This document shows, piece after piece, positions 12,001 to 25,857 of a stretch of DNA of 35,268 nt. The DNA comes from Stramenopiles sp. TOSAG23-6 (lineage: Eukaryota). The notes beneath the pieces were generated by a model. The model did no database searches and was not told where the DNA came from. It was given only the letters and a program-made list of their open reading frames with translations. Each line of letters opens with the position of its first letter. The first letter of the stretch is position 1. Position numbers and translations under genes: made by a program. The stretch spans positions 1 through 35,268 of the forward strand of contig LT635946.1 in assembly GCA_900128565.1 (NCBI GenBank), written 5' to 3'.

Positions 12001-15000
12001 AATCATACATGCGCTAAAGGGTATATCACAATTATAACTATGTTTTCCCTCACGACAATAAAAACCACTGGGACATTTAATTCCCTCGCGAGTTGCACCA
12101 GCACATAATTTATCGTCTGAACAAGGATGTTTAAGACCGTTTTTGCACTGATACCCTTTTGGACACAATTCTTTCTTAAATCCGTCGCATGTGTAATGAT
12201 CAGGACACTGTGTCGGTGCTATTGAATTTGCAGGACAAATCCATAAATGTGAAGAATCTATTAACCCATCTTCATCTTTTTCGTACTCGTTCCACACACA
12301 AGATTTTTTTGTAGTATAGTTTGGACAGTAATTACCTTGTGGACAATCAATACTTTGATAAGACCCAGCGAAACATAATTTACCGTTTTCTGTACATTCT
12401 ATTTGTTGTCTTGATGTTGGACAATAATTATTTTCTCCACAAATAGATGGTTCGCTAACACCAAGAGGACAGTATTGTGCTTGTAGCATGTTTGTCCATT
12501 CCCCAGAATTATCCTCACAAGCTGCTTGTGTTTTGTATTGCGAAATCACATCTTCTCCTTCATATAAACATCTTCCTAATAATACTTCATCTGTAGTTTC
12601 AGGGTCTATCCATACACCTTGAATATCGTGATTGCTATCAANACAATCAGNCTGNGATGTTCGCTTTGGGTACCATACACCAATATCATCGTTACAATTA
12701 TTTTCATCTACAGACAATAAAGTCCCTCCCATAATCCATACACAGTATTTTTTTGATAAACAATCTGGACTTGTTGTATAATCTGAACAATCATCTTTTT
12801 GGGTACTTGTGGACGCATTATTACCTTTACAATGATCTATCGCAATACAACTATCTACACTAATATTAGTATCAATATTATTAATAGTAATGACACAACT
12901 TGAACTATACGGATAATCACAACTGTACCTTTGTACACCACCTTTACAAATATAACCTAAAGGGCACAAATTTGGTAGTGATGAGCCTGTTGGACAGTAC
13001 CAGTGCTGTACCAAATTATTTATTGTTAGTGTCCTGTCCGGATTACTTGGGTTGTATACACATGGTTTTGGTTCAATGTCTCTCTCCATACAATAATTGC
13101 CCGCAGTACATATATTGCATTCTCGTTTATGTGCAAATAGTTGAAATGTACCTTCTGGGCAAGTTTTACAAGTATCAGGTCCTATGTTTTTGCAAAATTT
13201 GTGACTTTCTTTGCATTCCCCTTCACAAGAAGTGGTCTCCCAAAGACATGAATTATTTCCTATACATTCTGTATCACTAATAAGACTTGAACAATCTACA
13301 GTTTCGTCCAAAGGTGTCCACGAATTTCCACAGTTTTTTTCTGTTGATTCACTCTCATTAAAACTACTTTTACATTTGCCTTTAGCTACACAACCTTTCC
13401 AACTACATACAGATGATCTTTTTTTACAATCAGCTTCATTTATATAATCATTGCACCTTTGAGTGTGATATGAGTTACTTGGGCATACTCTATATTCTTT
13501 TGTATCACTTGAAACACTATCACCAGTTCTATTAGTTGATTTTACAGAAATTCTAAAATTTTGTATTATTGAAGTATCTTCATAATCAATTTCTGTAGTA
13601 TACTTGACAAGTTGGTTACTACCTGTTATCCACGTACAACTACGTGGACCAATATATTCACAACCATTGGTGTTATTACATGCATCTTCTTGTAGCTTCT
13701 TTTCACATTCACTGCTCGCTGTAGCACTACAACTTTCAGCGCTGGTGTCCCATTCACAACCAACAGTTTTCTCACAAAACCGTTTTAATACAAGTTCAGC
13801 ACATTTACTATTTGATGATGCAATACAAGATACACTTTTACATGAATTATTATTTGTATACATTGTACAATCGGAAGAACTTAAGCATTTACTATTAACT
13901 GAATCCCATCTACATCCGTTAGCTTTAGCACAGGACTTTGGAGATTCAGAATTCCCCAAACAATATTCAGCATTGCTTTCTACACAAGCGTTTTTACAAA
14001 AAGCTGATTCATTTGAATTTACAAATTTAGTACTTGTATTATTAATTTGTACTTGAAATTCTGTAATATCATCAATATTTTTAGTTTCTGTATCTGGACA
14101 CTGCCATTCTATATCAAAAATAATTTTTGCAGAGTTTTCTGTCTCCGGCACACTCACTGATACGGCTATATTTTGGGGAGGTGGAGGTACGCTCTCGTCG
14201 TTCATATTAGCTTGTTGCATAGGTGTGTACATGGACCATCCTACTTGATTTCGAACACGCATACGCATCCACATATTATTTATAGTAGTTGGCACATCTA
14301 GTATAACACCTATGTCAGAAGATGACTTGAACGATTTCCATGATGGGTTATCATCATTTTCTGTATCACACAAAATTTGAAAATCGTATACAGTTTCTAA
14401 GTTGGTTCCATATAATTTTGGACTTTTCATTATTAGCATTCCACTTTGTTTTTCGTATGCTAAAACCTCAGGTTGCCTTTGTTTACCATCAATCGACATA
14501 ATCGGGGCTACATTATTTGGAGCAAATGTTTTAGTGAATAATGTCTTTGCTTCACAAGAATTTTTTTGTGTACTCCATTCACACTGACTAGTGCACTCAC
14601 TTTGACTATTTTTCATTGTATTTTTGTTGTCACATTTGTCGAGACATTTACCAGTTGTGAATGATACAAATGTACCTAGTTCATTACTCCATTCAGCGTT
14701 CTCTAACCAGGTACCATTAAAGTCAGAACATTTATCTTGTGGAATGTTTGTATATAATTTATGGACTATACAATGACTCGATGTACACACTTCTTCTGTT
14801 GAAGAAGCATACACAATACTACCCTTTATGCATCTGTGTTGTTGTATTTGAATTTTGTTCCCCACCTTCAAGTTATCAATGAAATCAGAATCAGCTGCTA
14901 GTGTTACACTAGTAGCACCCACATTTGTATCATATAGAACTGTTGCTTTTACTCCATTCATTGATATGATATCTGATTTTGTGAACTTATGAGGTCTTTG

Positions 15001-18000
15001 AATTCCATATATCGTCACTACATTGTTGTTCCATACACAACCATTTGAATTCTCTTCAGCACTATAGATGTTACACTTCTCTTCGACACTATAGATTTTA
15101 CAATGACTATATATTTCATGATACTCTAAACTACTACTGTGTAAAGTATATTCTGAATCTTTTAATGTCGTCATATTTTGATCAATTACCCCTTTAATGG
15201 TATCATGTGCTTGCTTTGTACTCTCTATCACCGGGCAATTATCTGTATCAATACATCCACTGTTTGTTGGAATAATTACATGTACACCCGCTGCAAGAAA
15301 AGCAGGGGAATTTGGGAATTTTGCGTCAAAATATACTTTAGAGGATGCAGTTGATGATTCCATAAATTTTCCTTTACTTTTACCTTCTACATTGTCCATT
15401 TTCATTTTAAGTCCAATATTATATGTCTCACCAAGTACTAATGTTAATTTTTTTTCATATCTCTTATCGGAATTGTTATACTTTAAAGGTACCCCATCAT
15501 GCGTAATGGAGCCTTTGTCACTTACTTTAGCACTTATAGATGTATCCACATTATCATATTGAACTTTAACAATGGCTAATTTGTTACCTGTATCTGAATA
15601 TTTCTGCACATTATCATCCTTTTGAAATTCTTGTGCAGTGTGATGTTGTACAAGTATAATTTTATCACTATTATTAATGTACAATACTGTTCCTAATGTT
15701 TTTTCTGTTGCATCATTTTCGATAATATCATCAACTTTTATATGAGATATGTCATTAGTATCAGTCAAGGTCAAGAGAGATGTGCCATACTCCTCAATGA
15801 TTAAATCTGTCTTTTTAGTTATTTCTTCCATACCATGGTAATATATTATCCATTCACCATCGTTATTTTCACAGGAATCCTTAGTAGGAGGGCTTGGCAA
15901 TGTATTGATAATGTCACTATTATCTGGCTCACGAACTATGCATTCATAGTGTGCACCACATGTTATATCTGATATTTGAGATATTCTACAATTAGGGCCA
16001 GTAAATCCGTGATGACATGTACAATCACTTCCATTTTTTTTTTCTCCATGACCACAACATGTATTCTCAGAACATTCTATAGCAGTGCAGCTGCCAGTCT
16101 CGGTTATTTTATAACCTCGAGCGCCAGCATCTGTAACACAAGAAGTATTATACTCATCAAAGTTGATACTGAAATCTGTGCTTAAACTAGTAGAAATACC
16201 ACTACTCACAGATGTCTTTACACAAGCAGCATATGGGTCGGCTTCATCTAACTTTTCATATCCATCATTACAATGACAAATCACTTTTGGTGTACCTAGT
16301 GTAGGAATGCCTAAACTAACTTTCGGTATACATCTTTTTATGTTTGCACCACACATCAAATGTGCAGCACATTCGCCCCCATTTCCACACGAAGCACCAA
16401 CGTCTTTACGACAGATATTCATAGAATCGCATGTTAAAGGTGAAAGATCAGATGAATCAGATGAATCACACTTTTTGTTTATACTACAATCATATCCTAA
16501 ACTAGCCACGCACGAATAACCATCCACGTCTAATATATAGCCTGTAAAACAGTCACATACTCGCATTTGATTATCTGTACTCAATGCTTTACACTTTTGC
16601 GAACAGCGTGAACAAGTAGCACTTTTTAGATCTGCTATACAATCTGAAAATTTTCCCGTCTTGTCATACACTGTTGTTGAAATACATTCTTCGGTTGGTC
16701 GCTTGACACAGCCTTTTAAAATAAAGCCAGTATAACATTCGCATATTCTCTTGTCATCATTTATTATCCCATTACCACACCCACCAAGATCTGTACAAGT
16801 ATCATTAATTACAACTTTGCCACTTCCGCAAGATTCACATTCTTCTTTTGAAGTTGTGCTTACTTTTCCATCAGGGCAAACTTTGCAGGACAACTTACCA
16901 GTTTTATCTTGATATTGGCCACCAACACATCCTTTACATTCTTCCAATTTAGCAACGTCGCCAAATTTACCTATTGGGCAATCATCACATGAGTTATTAT
17001 CACCATTATGATATTTTCCTTTGTCACAATCACGGCAGGTGGGACTTATCTTGATTTTGTCGGTACCTTTAAATACTCTACAATGAACAGGACAGTTTTG
17101 TGCCCAATCATACCAATCTGCATTTACATCTGTACATACTGAATGGCCTTTCAAATCAAGAATATCATAACATCCCCATGAACCATCACTTACATCACTC
17201 TTTAGTAAATTACTTTCAACTTTTAAATCTTCATTGGTGTAGTATCCTTCAACTATTGCACACGTTACGATACATTTTTGTGCTCTGGCAAAATTAGAAT
17301 CAGAAGAGTCTGTGCATACTGGTTTGTACACCTTCGATTGTTTTGACTTTATATTTAATCCACACCAAGGGTCGGTTTCGTCCTCTACAGATTTATCTCC
17401 TATCGATGAAGGTAATAATTGTTGTCCCTCGGAGTCATATGTCTTACAATCTACACACTCACTGGAATTTCTTGCTGCTTTTTTATAGGTATGTCTACCA
17501 GTTGAACATGTTTTACACATAGTTTGTCCTGTTTCATCTTGGTATGTACCTTCAGCACAAGTACTACACATTGTCGTTGTATCATCATTATAATACCCTT
17601 TCTGACAAGGAAAACATGCTGTTGGATTTATAGTCGTTGGTATTACAAACTCACTATTATCCGTTGGTATAATATCCAAAGTTTCATATAATGTTAATTG
17701 TATAGGATCTGCACCAGAGATACTCTTAATTTGTTTTACATCTCCTGCATGAGAATCAGATCCTTCTTTGGGTAATACTCGCAAATATTTGTCTTTAAAA
17801 TATGATGTAGGATAATCTAAAGTAGCTTCAATGGGAATTTGAAAACGCCGATAACGGAAATTGCTATTAGAATCCACAGCTTTAGTGAATGTCATTTTTG
17901 AAGTTAATACTGTCTCAGTACCATTTATACATGCTTCGCATTTTTTATTACCTTCACTGTCAGCTTTCAATGTTTTACCATTAGGACATTCAGCACATGT

Positions 18001-21000
18001 AGATATTCCATTTTCAGTCCGTATTTCCCCATCACACAATTTGCAACCTTTCCATATATTATTACCGACGCAAGTTAATTGACGCGACGAGTAAGAAAGC
18101 ACAATGTTACTGAGAGATGCATAGTTTTCAAAATTATCATTTGGATTTGAACTGTTATAATCAATAACAAGTTTAATATCCATATTGTCTGCATTTGACT
18201 GGTCTAGAAATATTGAAGGTATTTTATCACGTTTCACTATGCGTATATTGTATGAATATGCAGGAACAACAAATTTCATAAAGTCACAATCTAGCTTATT
18301 TGAACATGTCATTTTGTATGTAATGTCAGTACTATGTGAATTTGTTGCAATCACAGATAATTTCCAATAACTTTTATCGCTACAGACACATCTTGGTGAA
18401 GGTGAAGTACACCACTGGCCCAATCTAGCCGTGCTTATATCAATACATTCAATACCTTTAGGAAAACTTTTCAAAAAGTCTACACTATCTTTACCATCTC
18501 TGAAATTCCATAATACATTATTATCGGAAGTTACATTCTTTGGCCAAGTAATATTGATATTGGCACTATCTTGACTCAAATTTGATGGAGTTGAATTTCT
18601 CGCATAATGATACTTACCATTACATTGACTTATTGGGCATATAGTGCCTTCTGGAGCCGGACATGTTCGTATCGCAACTCTCATTGAAGCATGTTTTTCC
18701 CATTTTTGTGGGACAATTCTTACTCGTCTACAATTTTTATTTTGATGAAAACTTTGGTGAACTACACTACTATTATCACTATTACCTGTAAATAAATACA
18801 CACCTGAAGACTTATTTGTCCGTTGATACAACCAAGTTCCTCCTTCCAATTTACCTGTATACACAGAATATTCGGTGACCCATTGTTGTAAATATGGATG
18901 TCCCTGTATATCAATGCCGTGTACTGTGCGTAAAACACCTAAATCTATTTGGATGTAACTATTTGGTGTAATGTCGTATATGCTTTGAGGTTGTTTATAT
19001 ACCATCAAATCAACTTGTGAGTGCTTTTCAGATTGAATTTTATTTATAGGTGCAGATGTACATGTAGTTTTTAGAAGTTGAACACGCATTGATATTCCAC
19101 CATGCCATGTTTGTGGCACAATTACTACATTCTTCACTTTGACTGGTTTGACCCATTTCTGGTAAGCAGTCGAGTCACAGGGCTCATTTAATGTGTTAGC
19201 TTTCCAAAACAAACTACCCTCTAGTGTCTTCTCATATTTATAATCAGTGCCTTCAGTATTATGTAATACTTTGAAATATTTCACAAAACAGTTAGTGTCC
19301 TTTGTAGTGCACCATGTTGCACCTTGGGAATTACAAGGGAGTCCTTGTGTACTGGTACCTAGAATCTCAAGAACTTCATCTAATTTTATCCGAAGTATGG
19401 CTTTAGCAGGTGTTATAGTACCAAGTGGGGGTGTCATTCTATAATTTCCGAATGTATCCTTTTGATACAGAGAAAATTTTGCTTCATTGCATGATTCTTG
19501 AACATTATGAGGTCTAGCATATGGAATATTTCCTTTTGAGGCAATCAATATACGATAATCATGACATGAAAGCTTTGGCGGAGAAGCACCCGCAGCTTTC
19601 CACGCACATGCATTATTACTGCGCATAGAATATTTCGGCTTACACACTTCACACGTCGCGGGACAACATCCTCTAACGTGGTCTCTACGGTTCCTACTCT
19701 TACACCAATGGATAGCTGCAAAACATGTATTTTCGCTCCATGGTCCATTATCATCAAGGCATGTATTGTCTGGTTTATCTACACTGTCGCAGTTTATATA
19801 TTCATCGGTACAAGATCCTTGAATGACCCAACATGATCCTTCTGCACAATCATCATGAAATGCACATACACAACTATCTTTTTCACGCTTTTCTGTGAAC
19901 CAATCACATGCAAAATAACTTTTCTGTCTATCAGAATGACCTTGAATATCTTCGTTATCTGCACATACTCCAGGTTCTGTATGACAATAGTGTCGTTTTG
20001 TGTTTGAACTTGAAATATAATCAAAAGAGGTACAATCACTCAAGTATGTGCATTGACAAAAATTATTTACTGAACCAATACCTCTTAGTTTAGGATTCCA
20101 TATATATGTGGAATCAGTGACTTGAAATGTATCCTCTTCATCTAAAGGATTTACACTTAAACCAGTTTCTCTTTCTTTGGTCCAAGCAGGAAAACACCAT
20201 TGACCTGGACTACCGCCCCAACTGCTTACCATGAAGTAATTTATCTTTTTGTTTGCGTCTAGTGAGATAGACATGAACTCTTGTTTACCTACAACTTCTC
20301 CCTTTCCTACTCTTAAACGGTCATCATTCCATGATATCCAAAAAAACCTGAATTTATTTCGATTTAGAATCCCCCATTGATTGTGTGTATCTTCATCTGT
20401 CCCCTGATTACTTCTTCGCATTAGAGACTTCGAATTGTTCCAAGCACCTATTACAATCTCATATTTTTTACCTTCATGAGTAGTCCCTTCACTGAGAGCA
20501 ATATGAGCATCATTCCTTGTTTTTACAGAAAATACAATGCTTTTCTTATCAGATATAGGTATTGCTCCTTTATATTCATATTTAGCTTCAGCTTCGAATC
20601 CCACTTTCGACTTATTTTGTTGGGATCCAAAATTAAGTATAGATGGAAAATCTATATCCTTAAGGTATGATCCACAAAAATTATTGATAGGGCCATCGAA
20701 CTGTAAAGATTCAACTTCCTTTGGCTGACTGGAGATGACACTACCATTACTTGCTGTGAATTTAGGTATGTATACATCTATAGCTTCTGGTGTTTCCAAA
20801 TTACAACTAGATCTACTTGGTATTTCATATTTCCATGGCGTATATTCGGAGGATGTAGGTGCACTACATTCACATAATAATAACTCCATGGATTCTATCA
20901 CCGATAAAGGTGTTATTCTAACATTTGGAATTTGAAATTTCTGGTTATTATTCTGGTGACAGAAAGAGGATGTTTCCCAGTATGCAGTACAATGTGCAGT

Positions 21001-24000
21001 GCCACTGACACACTCATCGCCCTCTTGCCCAAGTGGTGGACGAATTGTAGAAGGATGATTAGCTGCATTTCCAAAGCCCATTCTGTATATTATGGATCCA
21101 TTTATGTCACCCTTGTCAATATCAAAAGCCCACATTTTCCAAAAGTTATTCCATCTTAAAAATACTTGATTATCAACATCGGTATCTTGCTTTTTCCAAT
21201 ATGCTTTATTGTTGATTTGATCATTTTGTAGTATGTATATACCACTCACATCATCTCTGTTGCAGAAGGCAGCTTCTTGTCCACCCCATGATATAATATC
21301 AGCTGTGACTTGTAAACGTCTTGGGATAATTGATGTATCCTGTGAATAATTTAAATCTGATGTTGATTCTTTTGTATGGGTACATGAAACTTCATTTGTT
21401 GTATGACACATATCATTCTCAGTTTCTTTCCAAGATTCATCATTCCATGCATGAATACATGTACGACCAAAACTTGAGCAGTATTCAGAACAACTTGTTT
21501 TAACATTATGTCTAAGTACAGTGCAATCTCTACATGCAATTTGAGAAATGTTGTTTTCATTATTGTTTTCTTGTAAAGTAGGCCAGTTTTCTTCATTACA
21601 CAAATTAGACTCAGTACTTAAATTCGTCATTCCAAATGCAAAATATAATCGATTGGAATTCGAATTTAAGAGGGTGTTTGGGTTTTGAAAATTATTTTTT
21701 GATTTTCCAATTCTAAAGTTATTATCGTTAAATCGGCTAAACTCATCAATTTCATTCAAACTATTGAGCGTTAGACCTTGAAATGCAATACCATTTGGTG
21801 GAATTTTAGATACCACATTAGTATCAGTAGAATAAAAACCATTATTTTGCGTTTGATCAATACTTTTGTATGTGTTTTTAATTTGAGATTGACTTCTTTC
21901 TGTAAGGATTTGCCCCCTCGGTGAAGACATTGGGTTTGTATTTTGTGACCACATCAAATACGACGTTTTTAATTTCGAGTAAGGATAATGAATTTTAAAT
22001 TTAAACCCATTTTGTTTTGTTCTAAATTGCTCAATATTTTCTAATCGACTGTAATTAGCTGAATATTGGTCTGGTGAATTTGGATTTTGTACACCACTCA
22101 CCAATGAATATCCTAAATTATGCCATGCATATTGATTTTGTGAAAAATACTGATTTTTTCCAGTACTGGAAGACTGCCGACCTAGTAAGTTCCAAACACC
22201 TTCAGTGTTATATAAAAGTTCTCTATCTTCTTTTAAACGCCCAGCTGTAGTTTTCTCGGTATGATTTCGTGTATCGCATTGCATGACAGATGCTTTTCGA
22301 GTATATACAGAAAATGTAGATACTGAACCACACAATAATCCTGCTTGACCTGCGATAGTATTTACGTCACACCGCAAACATTCAGATTCTTCTGCAGCAT
22401 TGAATAAAGGTCGTTGTGTTGAACATGTACAATATTTTGCATTGTATATGGCTATATATGTATATATAGTATGTTCATTTGATAAAGATCTAGTATCACA
22501 TGCTTCAAAACATATTTGCGGACTTGCAGTTTTTTCATGCATCTCTAATGTAACGGACCAATTCATTAAGTTACTTGTGTCTACAGGATCAGTTTTCAAA
22601 GTATTTGTAAAACATCCAAAATATTGAATTGGATTTTTCGTGGAATCTTCACCAACAACACCTCTACTCTTTGTTGTAGGCACACACTCTGCACTCCATG
22701 CAGTATTTGAGTGTATCTTGGGTGATAAAATACGAGAAAATGAAGGCATTGATGTTTTATATAATCCAAATCCATTTACTGATGTTGACAATAAACCTTT
22801 CACTGTTGAAAAAATAGGTGTATTATTTTGATCACTATCATTCATACATTGCAATGATGGTTTCGATGTTTCAATACTATCAGCACAACATTGCACCGCG
22901 GCATGTTTTACATGCTTACATTGTTTTTTTGTTCCAACACAAGACCCATCAGTCCATTTGCAAGAAGATGCCTCACATTCAATCTGGGATGTCAAGTGAT
23001 TACATGTTGTTTGAACAAAAACAGATTGCAAATTGTTGTTATGAATGTTTGTAGAACTCAATGGAGTGTTGTTTGTATTGATTGCAGTACTATCAACTCT
23101 CTGCCAATCAAGAAATGCTGAAACAGATTTCCCCCCTGATCGATCAATATTTACTATATATCGTATTTCGTGTTTACCAGCAACTAAAAATACACTTTTT
23201 GAACTTGTCCATTTTTGTACACCGTCAATATTTGACCAATTGCTAACAAATCCTACACAACCAGGTGTACCATTACTAATACATTGCCATGTACTTGACA
23301 AATTCGTTTTATCCATTGCCGTTTTATTGAGCAGTTTTGGTACAATGCGGCAATTTTCGTGAGAGTCAGAATATGTTGGATTTATTGTTTGATGTCCAAT
23401 TGGGTCGCAAACGACTCCATAACAAATATCATTTTCTATTCTACAATATCGTTTTGCTTCATCTAGTCCACAAATACCTACACATTGTCCACTAATAAAT
23501 TCAGAACAATGTGATTTTCTACATTGTAATTCATTTACTGATATTGATTTGCCTAAATATTGCTTCCATTCAATGTTGTAATTATCCCCAATACTATCAT
23601 CTCCAATATCAATTCCTCCAAGATTAAGTGCCATAGGAAGCTTGGACGCCTCTTCACCGCCAACATTGTTTGTAAACTGTGCTTTTTTTCCATTTGGCGC
23701 TGTACATTCACAAATGGCATCGGATGTACCCGTGAATTTATAGTCACACCCTTTATGTTGAAGCACATCGCAATTGTCATCTCTTTCTTCCCATGCATCA
23801 ACACATGTGCGCGGATTGACTTTATCAAGTTGGGCACAATAATCATTACATGAATTATTATAACCATTAATGTTAATCAGAGCTTTACATTCACCACACA
23901 CAAGGTCATGGTCCTTACTTGGCCATGTTGATTCATCACATAATTCATCCGCAGGAATCGAATCTCTGACGTCCCCAATACCTTGAAAAGGTGGGGGTGA

Positions 24001-25777
24001 ATGAACTCTATTGATAAACACATCATCAACATACAAATAACTACCACCATGAGTACTCTCATAGAATCTATACAAACCTGATTTTGGAACAGTCATCATT
24101 CCTGTCCATCGAACAACTAATTTTTCATCCTGGGGTCGTAAATCTATGTAAAATGTTTGATCTTTACCCACTGGAGATGCTTGTGGTAAATCTAAAGCAT
24201 GACAATCAAAGTCATGTAAATTTTTGTCTGTTTCTTTAGTAAATTTATTAATCACTAAATAGCAGCATCCTAATCCACTTCCACAATTCGCACCAATCTG
24301 ACAAGCTTTTTCTGACCAAAAAAGACCAGAGGTATTTCTCCCGTCATCACAATCATCTGCTGCATCAATGTAACACCAATCTGATGTAGCTCCCTGCACT
24401 GTGTCATCCATATTGCAGCGATTATTAGCGAGAGGTGATTTACACTTGCATTTTTGTTTTGCACTGATGTAATGAACGCCTGTACAATTTACAGTTTCAT
24501 TACACTTTTGTTTACATAAATCAACATGTGATGATTCGAATCTACCAGTACGTATAACGTCAACATTGATATTATTTCCTACATTGCAATCATCTCCTTG
24601 TATCCATTGAATTTGAGTACCAAAAGTAGGATAATCACTAGTGGCGACATGTTGTTTTGCAGTAAAATTTGTATCATTGCTATCAATATCAAATACCCAA
24701 TATTGTGAATTCCATTGCAGGTACATACTACCGTCTGTTCTTCTCCATTTTATTTTATTGTTATGTTTATCTGAATCCCTCACGTATATACCATTTAATA
24801 TTGAATTTTGACATGTGCCACCACCTACGAATGCTGTAATTTTTAAGACATCAGATAATATCTCACTTTTTAAACTACTTGTATTACATAGAGTATTTGT
24901 GTGTATTTTCCATTGAGGTACTACAATTCTATCGTGTATAGGGGGTGGCTGTGTACCATTGATAGACTCCCATTTAACACCACTTGCTAAAGGGCGACTA
25001 TCGCATCTTGTTACTAATGGAGTAGATCTGTCTAATACAGCATTAATACCTAAATATCCTATATCGAGAGGTTTTATATCTGCGCTATATACTGTATATG
25101 ATGAACACGAACTCGCTTCATAATATATATTACCTATAGCAGCAGAAGTGCTTTGAGTACCAATACCAATCATACTGAGCACACAGTCACCTTGCTGAGA
25201 ATCAGCCAAATTGGATAATCTTGCAAACACCATACAGTGTTCATTTATACATGCATCTTCACATTCACTTTTAGTTTTCATTTCAAGTATTCGAGGTTTC
25301 TGTATGCAGAAATTTGATGTAAGTTTATTAAATGTTGATTTTTTTTCAAAAGAATAATACTCACCAAAGAACGATAATGTTTGTTTGTTCACAGACGAAT
25401 TCTGCATTGAACATTGATTTGATTTTGATGTCTCCGTAGACATATTATATTGCGTTTGTTTCTTTGTTTCATTATTTCCTAATACATATATTTGAGCAGA
25501 TTTTTTCCAATGTTTTGGAAATGGGCCTTCTTGACACCCCTTAAAATCAGAATTGCCTTTGTCATCTTTATTACCTATAGTAATTGGTACATCAAGACAT
25601 TGTACACACTTCATCTCACCATTCACTGCTGAACAATATGCTTCATTCTCCTGATTTTGATTCTCACATACTGCGCCTTCAAAATTACGATTGTTACAAT
25701 CGTTACCTTCGACCCATGTGCCACTGGTGCAGCAGTAGCCAATACTCGTGGTCGTTGCTCCTGGTACTCCCGATGTA
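3007..25777 (-). CDS. Giant Cys-rich multi-pass cell-surface receptor-like protein, exon 2 (ectodomain repeats, TM, EF-hands, TRP-like TM region, WW/PDZ tail)
   Basis: Uninterrupted 7539-aa ORF (3007..25626). Its frame stays open upstream to 25777 (TSGVPGATTTSIGYCCTSGTWVEGNDC...), up to an AG acceptor, so the GTG at 25626 is unlikely to be a true start. Confidence 0.9.
3070..3157 (-). other. WW domain 2 (C-terminal) of the giant protein
   Basis: LPKEGWSKKWSSSKGKYYWIHLTSGALEWKDP fits W...G+YY....T....W..P. Confidence 0.75.
3220..4130 (-). other. Three PDZ-like domains
   Basis: PLGIGL...AKVTIVQKDS...GVVKGMRLVKVDGSDI; GVMIVGFQ...AGAKIGMHLISINEKDV; GARVDGF...LADAGVVKGMHVLSINGRDV. Confidence 0.75.
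4384..4467 (-). other. WW domain 1
   Basis: WTKFYAESKNCFYWVDDNTGDVRWENP. Confidence 0.7.
4570..5580 (-). other. TRP/PKD2-like multi-pass membrane region (about 7-8 TM), as in protist GPCR-related Cys-rich proteins
   Basis: A series of hydrophobic helices with family motifs YP......F.C....G..YLRAD..I.C, YGSLYLQYK..FWWYE..ELLRK and RPY. Confidence 0.7.
6000..6165 (-). other. EF-hand pair (cytoplasmic, after the first TM helix at about 6215-6270)
   Basis: Two canonical 12-residue loops, DADNSGTVSSVE and DINNDGVISYSE. Confidence 0.85.
7720..8316. repeat. Near-identical ~595-bp intragenic duplication, copy A
   Basis: Matches 11482..12078 at a constant offset of 3762 with only a handful of substitutions. 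The core of about 420 bp appears identical. Confidence 0.95.
11482..12078. repeat. Near-identical ~595-bp intragenic duplication, copy B
   Basis: Matches copy A at 7720..8316. Confidence 0.95.
13520..14530 (-). other. Two fibronectin type III-like domains; the second is interrupted by Cys-rich repeats
   Basis: MRMRVRNQVGWS...PPPPQNI...IEWQCP...ITEFQVQI ... NFRISVKSTNRTGDS. Confidence 0.55.
16800..17620 (-). other. Ephrin-receptor-like (GCC2/GCC3) Cys repeats
   Basis: CFPCQKGYY...CSTCAEGTYQDETGQTMCKTCSTG and CDDCPIGKF...CKGCVGGQYQDKTGKLSCKVCPDG. Confidence 0.75.
18660..19345 (-). other. F5/8 type C (discoidin) domains
   Basis: YIQIDLG....VHGIDIQG....QWVTEY...FTGNSD...V...F....CRRVRIVPQKWEKHASMRV, plus a second copy VKNVVIVPQTWHGGISMRVQL. 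Confidence 0.8.
20195..20545 (-). other. Farnesoic acid O-methyltransferase-like (Methyltransf_FA) domain
   Basis: FSVKTRNDAHIALS...YEIVIGAWNNSKS.MR...GILN..KFRFFWISW....LRVGKG....FMS...SSWGG. Confidence 0.75.
22297..22623 (-). other. WSC-like carbohydrate-binding domain
   Basis: YFGCF...PQICFEAC...Y.YIAI.NAKYCTCS...EC..C.......CG.....SVY. Confidence 0.7.
23100..24120 (-). other. PA14-like domain split by inserted modules
   Basis: N-half VRWTGMMTVPKSGLYRFY...GGSYLYVDD; C-half SVFLVAGKHEIRY...LDWQ lies about 270 aa later. Confidence 0.6.
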
Positions 25778-25857
25778 CTGTGAAAAAATATTTAAAAAAT
25801 CGTTAGGTACAAAGTTTCGTACAAAAACANATTANATCTGAAATTCATGATGAAAAC
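25778..25857 (-). other. Short GT-AG intron, introner-like insertion
   Basis: Minus strand reads CG TAC [GTTTTCATCATG...TACCTAAC GATTTTTTAAATATTTTTTCACAG] TAC ATC, with a branch-point-like CCTAAC, a T-rich tract and a CAG acceptor. Removing these 80 nt joins the two ORFs in frame. The stronger-looking GTACGT donor at 25861 (84 nt) would not be in frame unless the N at 25863 hides an indel. Confidence 0.75.

Larger units (their letters stand above)
7260..13050 (-). repeat. Higher-order Cys-rich repeat array (about 6-7 units) built around CPxGxYC motifs
   Basis: Recurring anchors Y[SN]C[DE][YI]P[YF] (6 copies), N.SVD.CI, G.W...R.T...C, A.YCP.G and KSCV[YFW]. Confidence 0.85.

Noticed and set aside
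25624-25626. GTG start for an independent 7539-aa gene
   Set aside because: There is no signal peptide, the frame is open upstream to a splice acceptor, and the upstream ORF ends mid-module.
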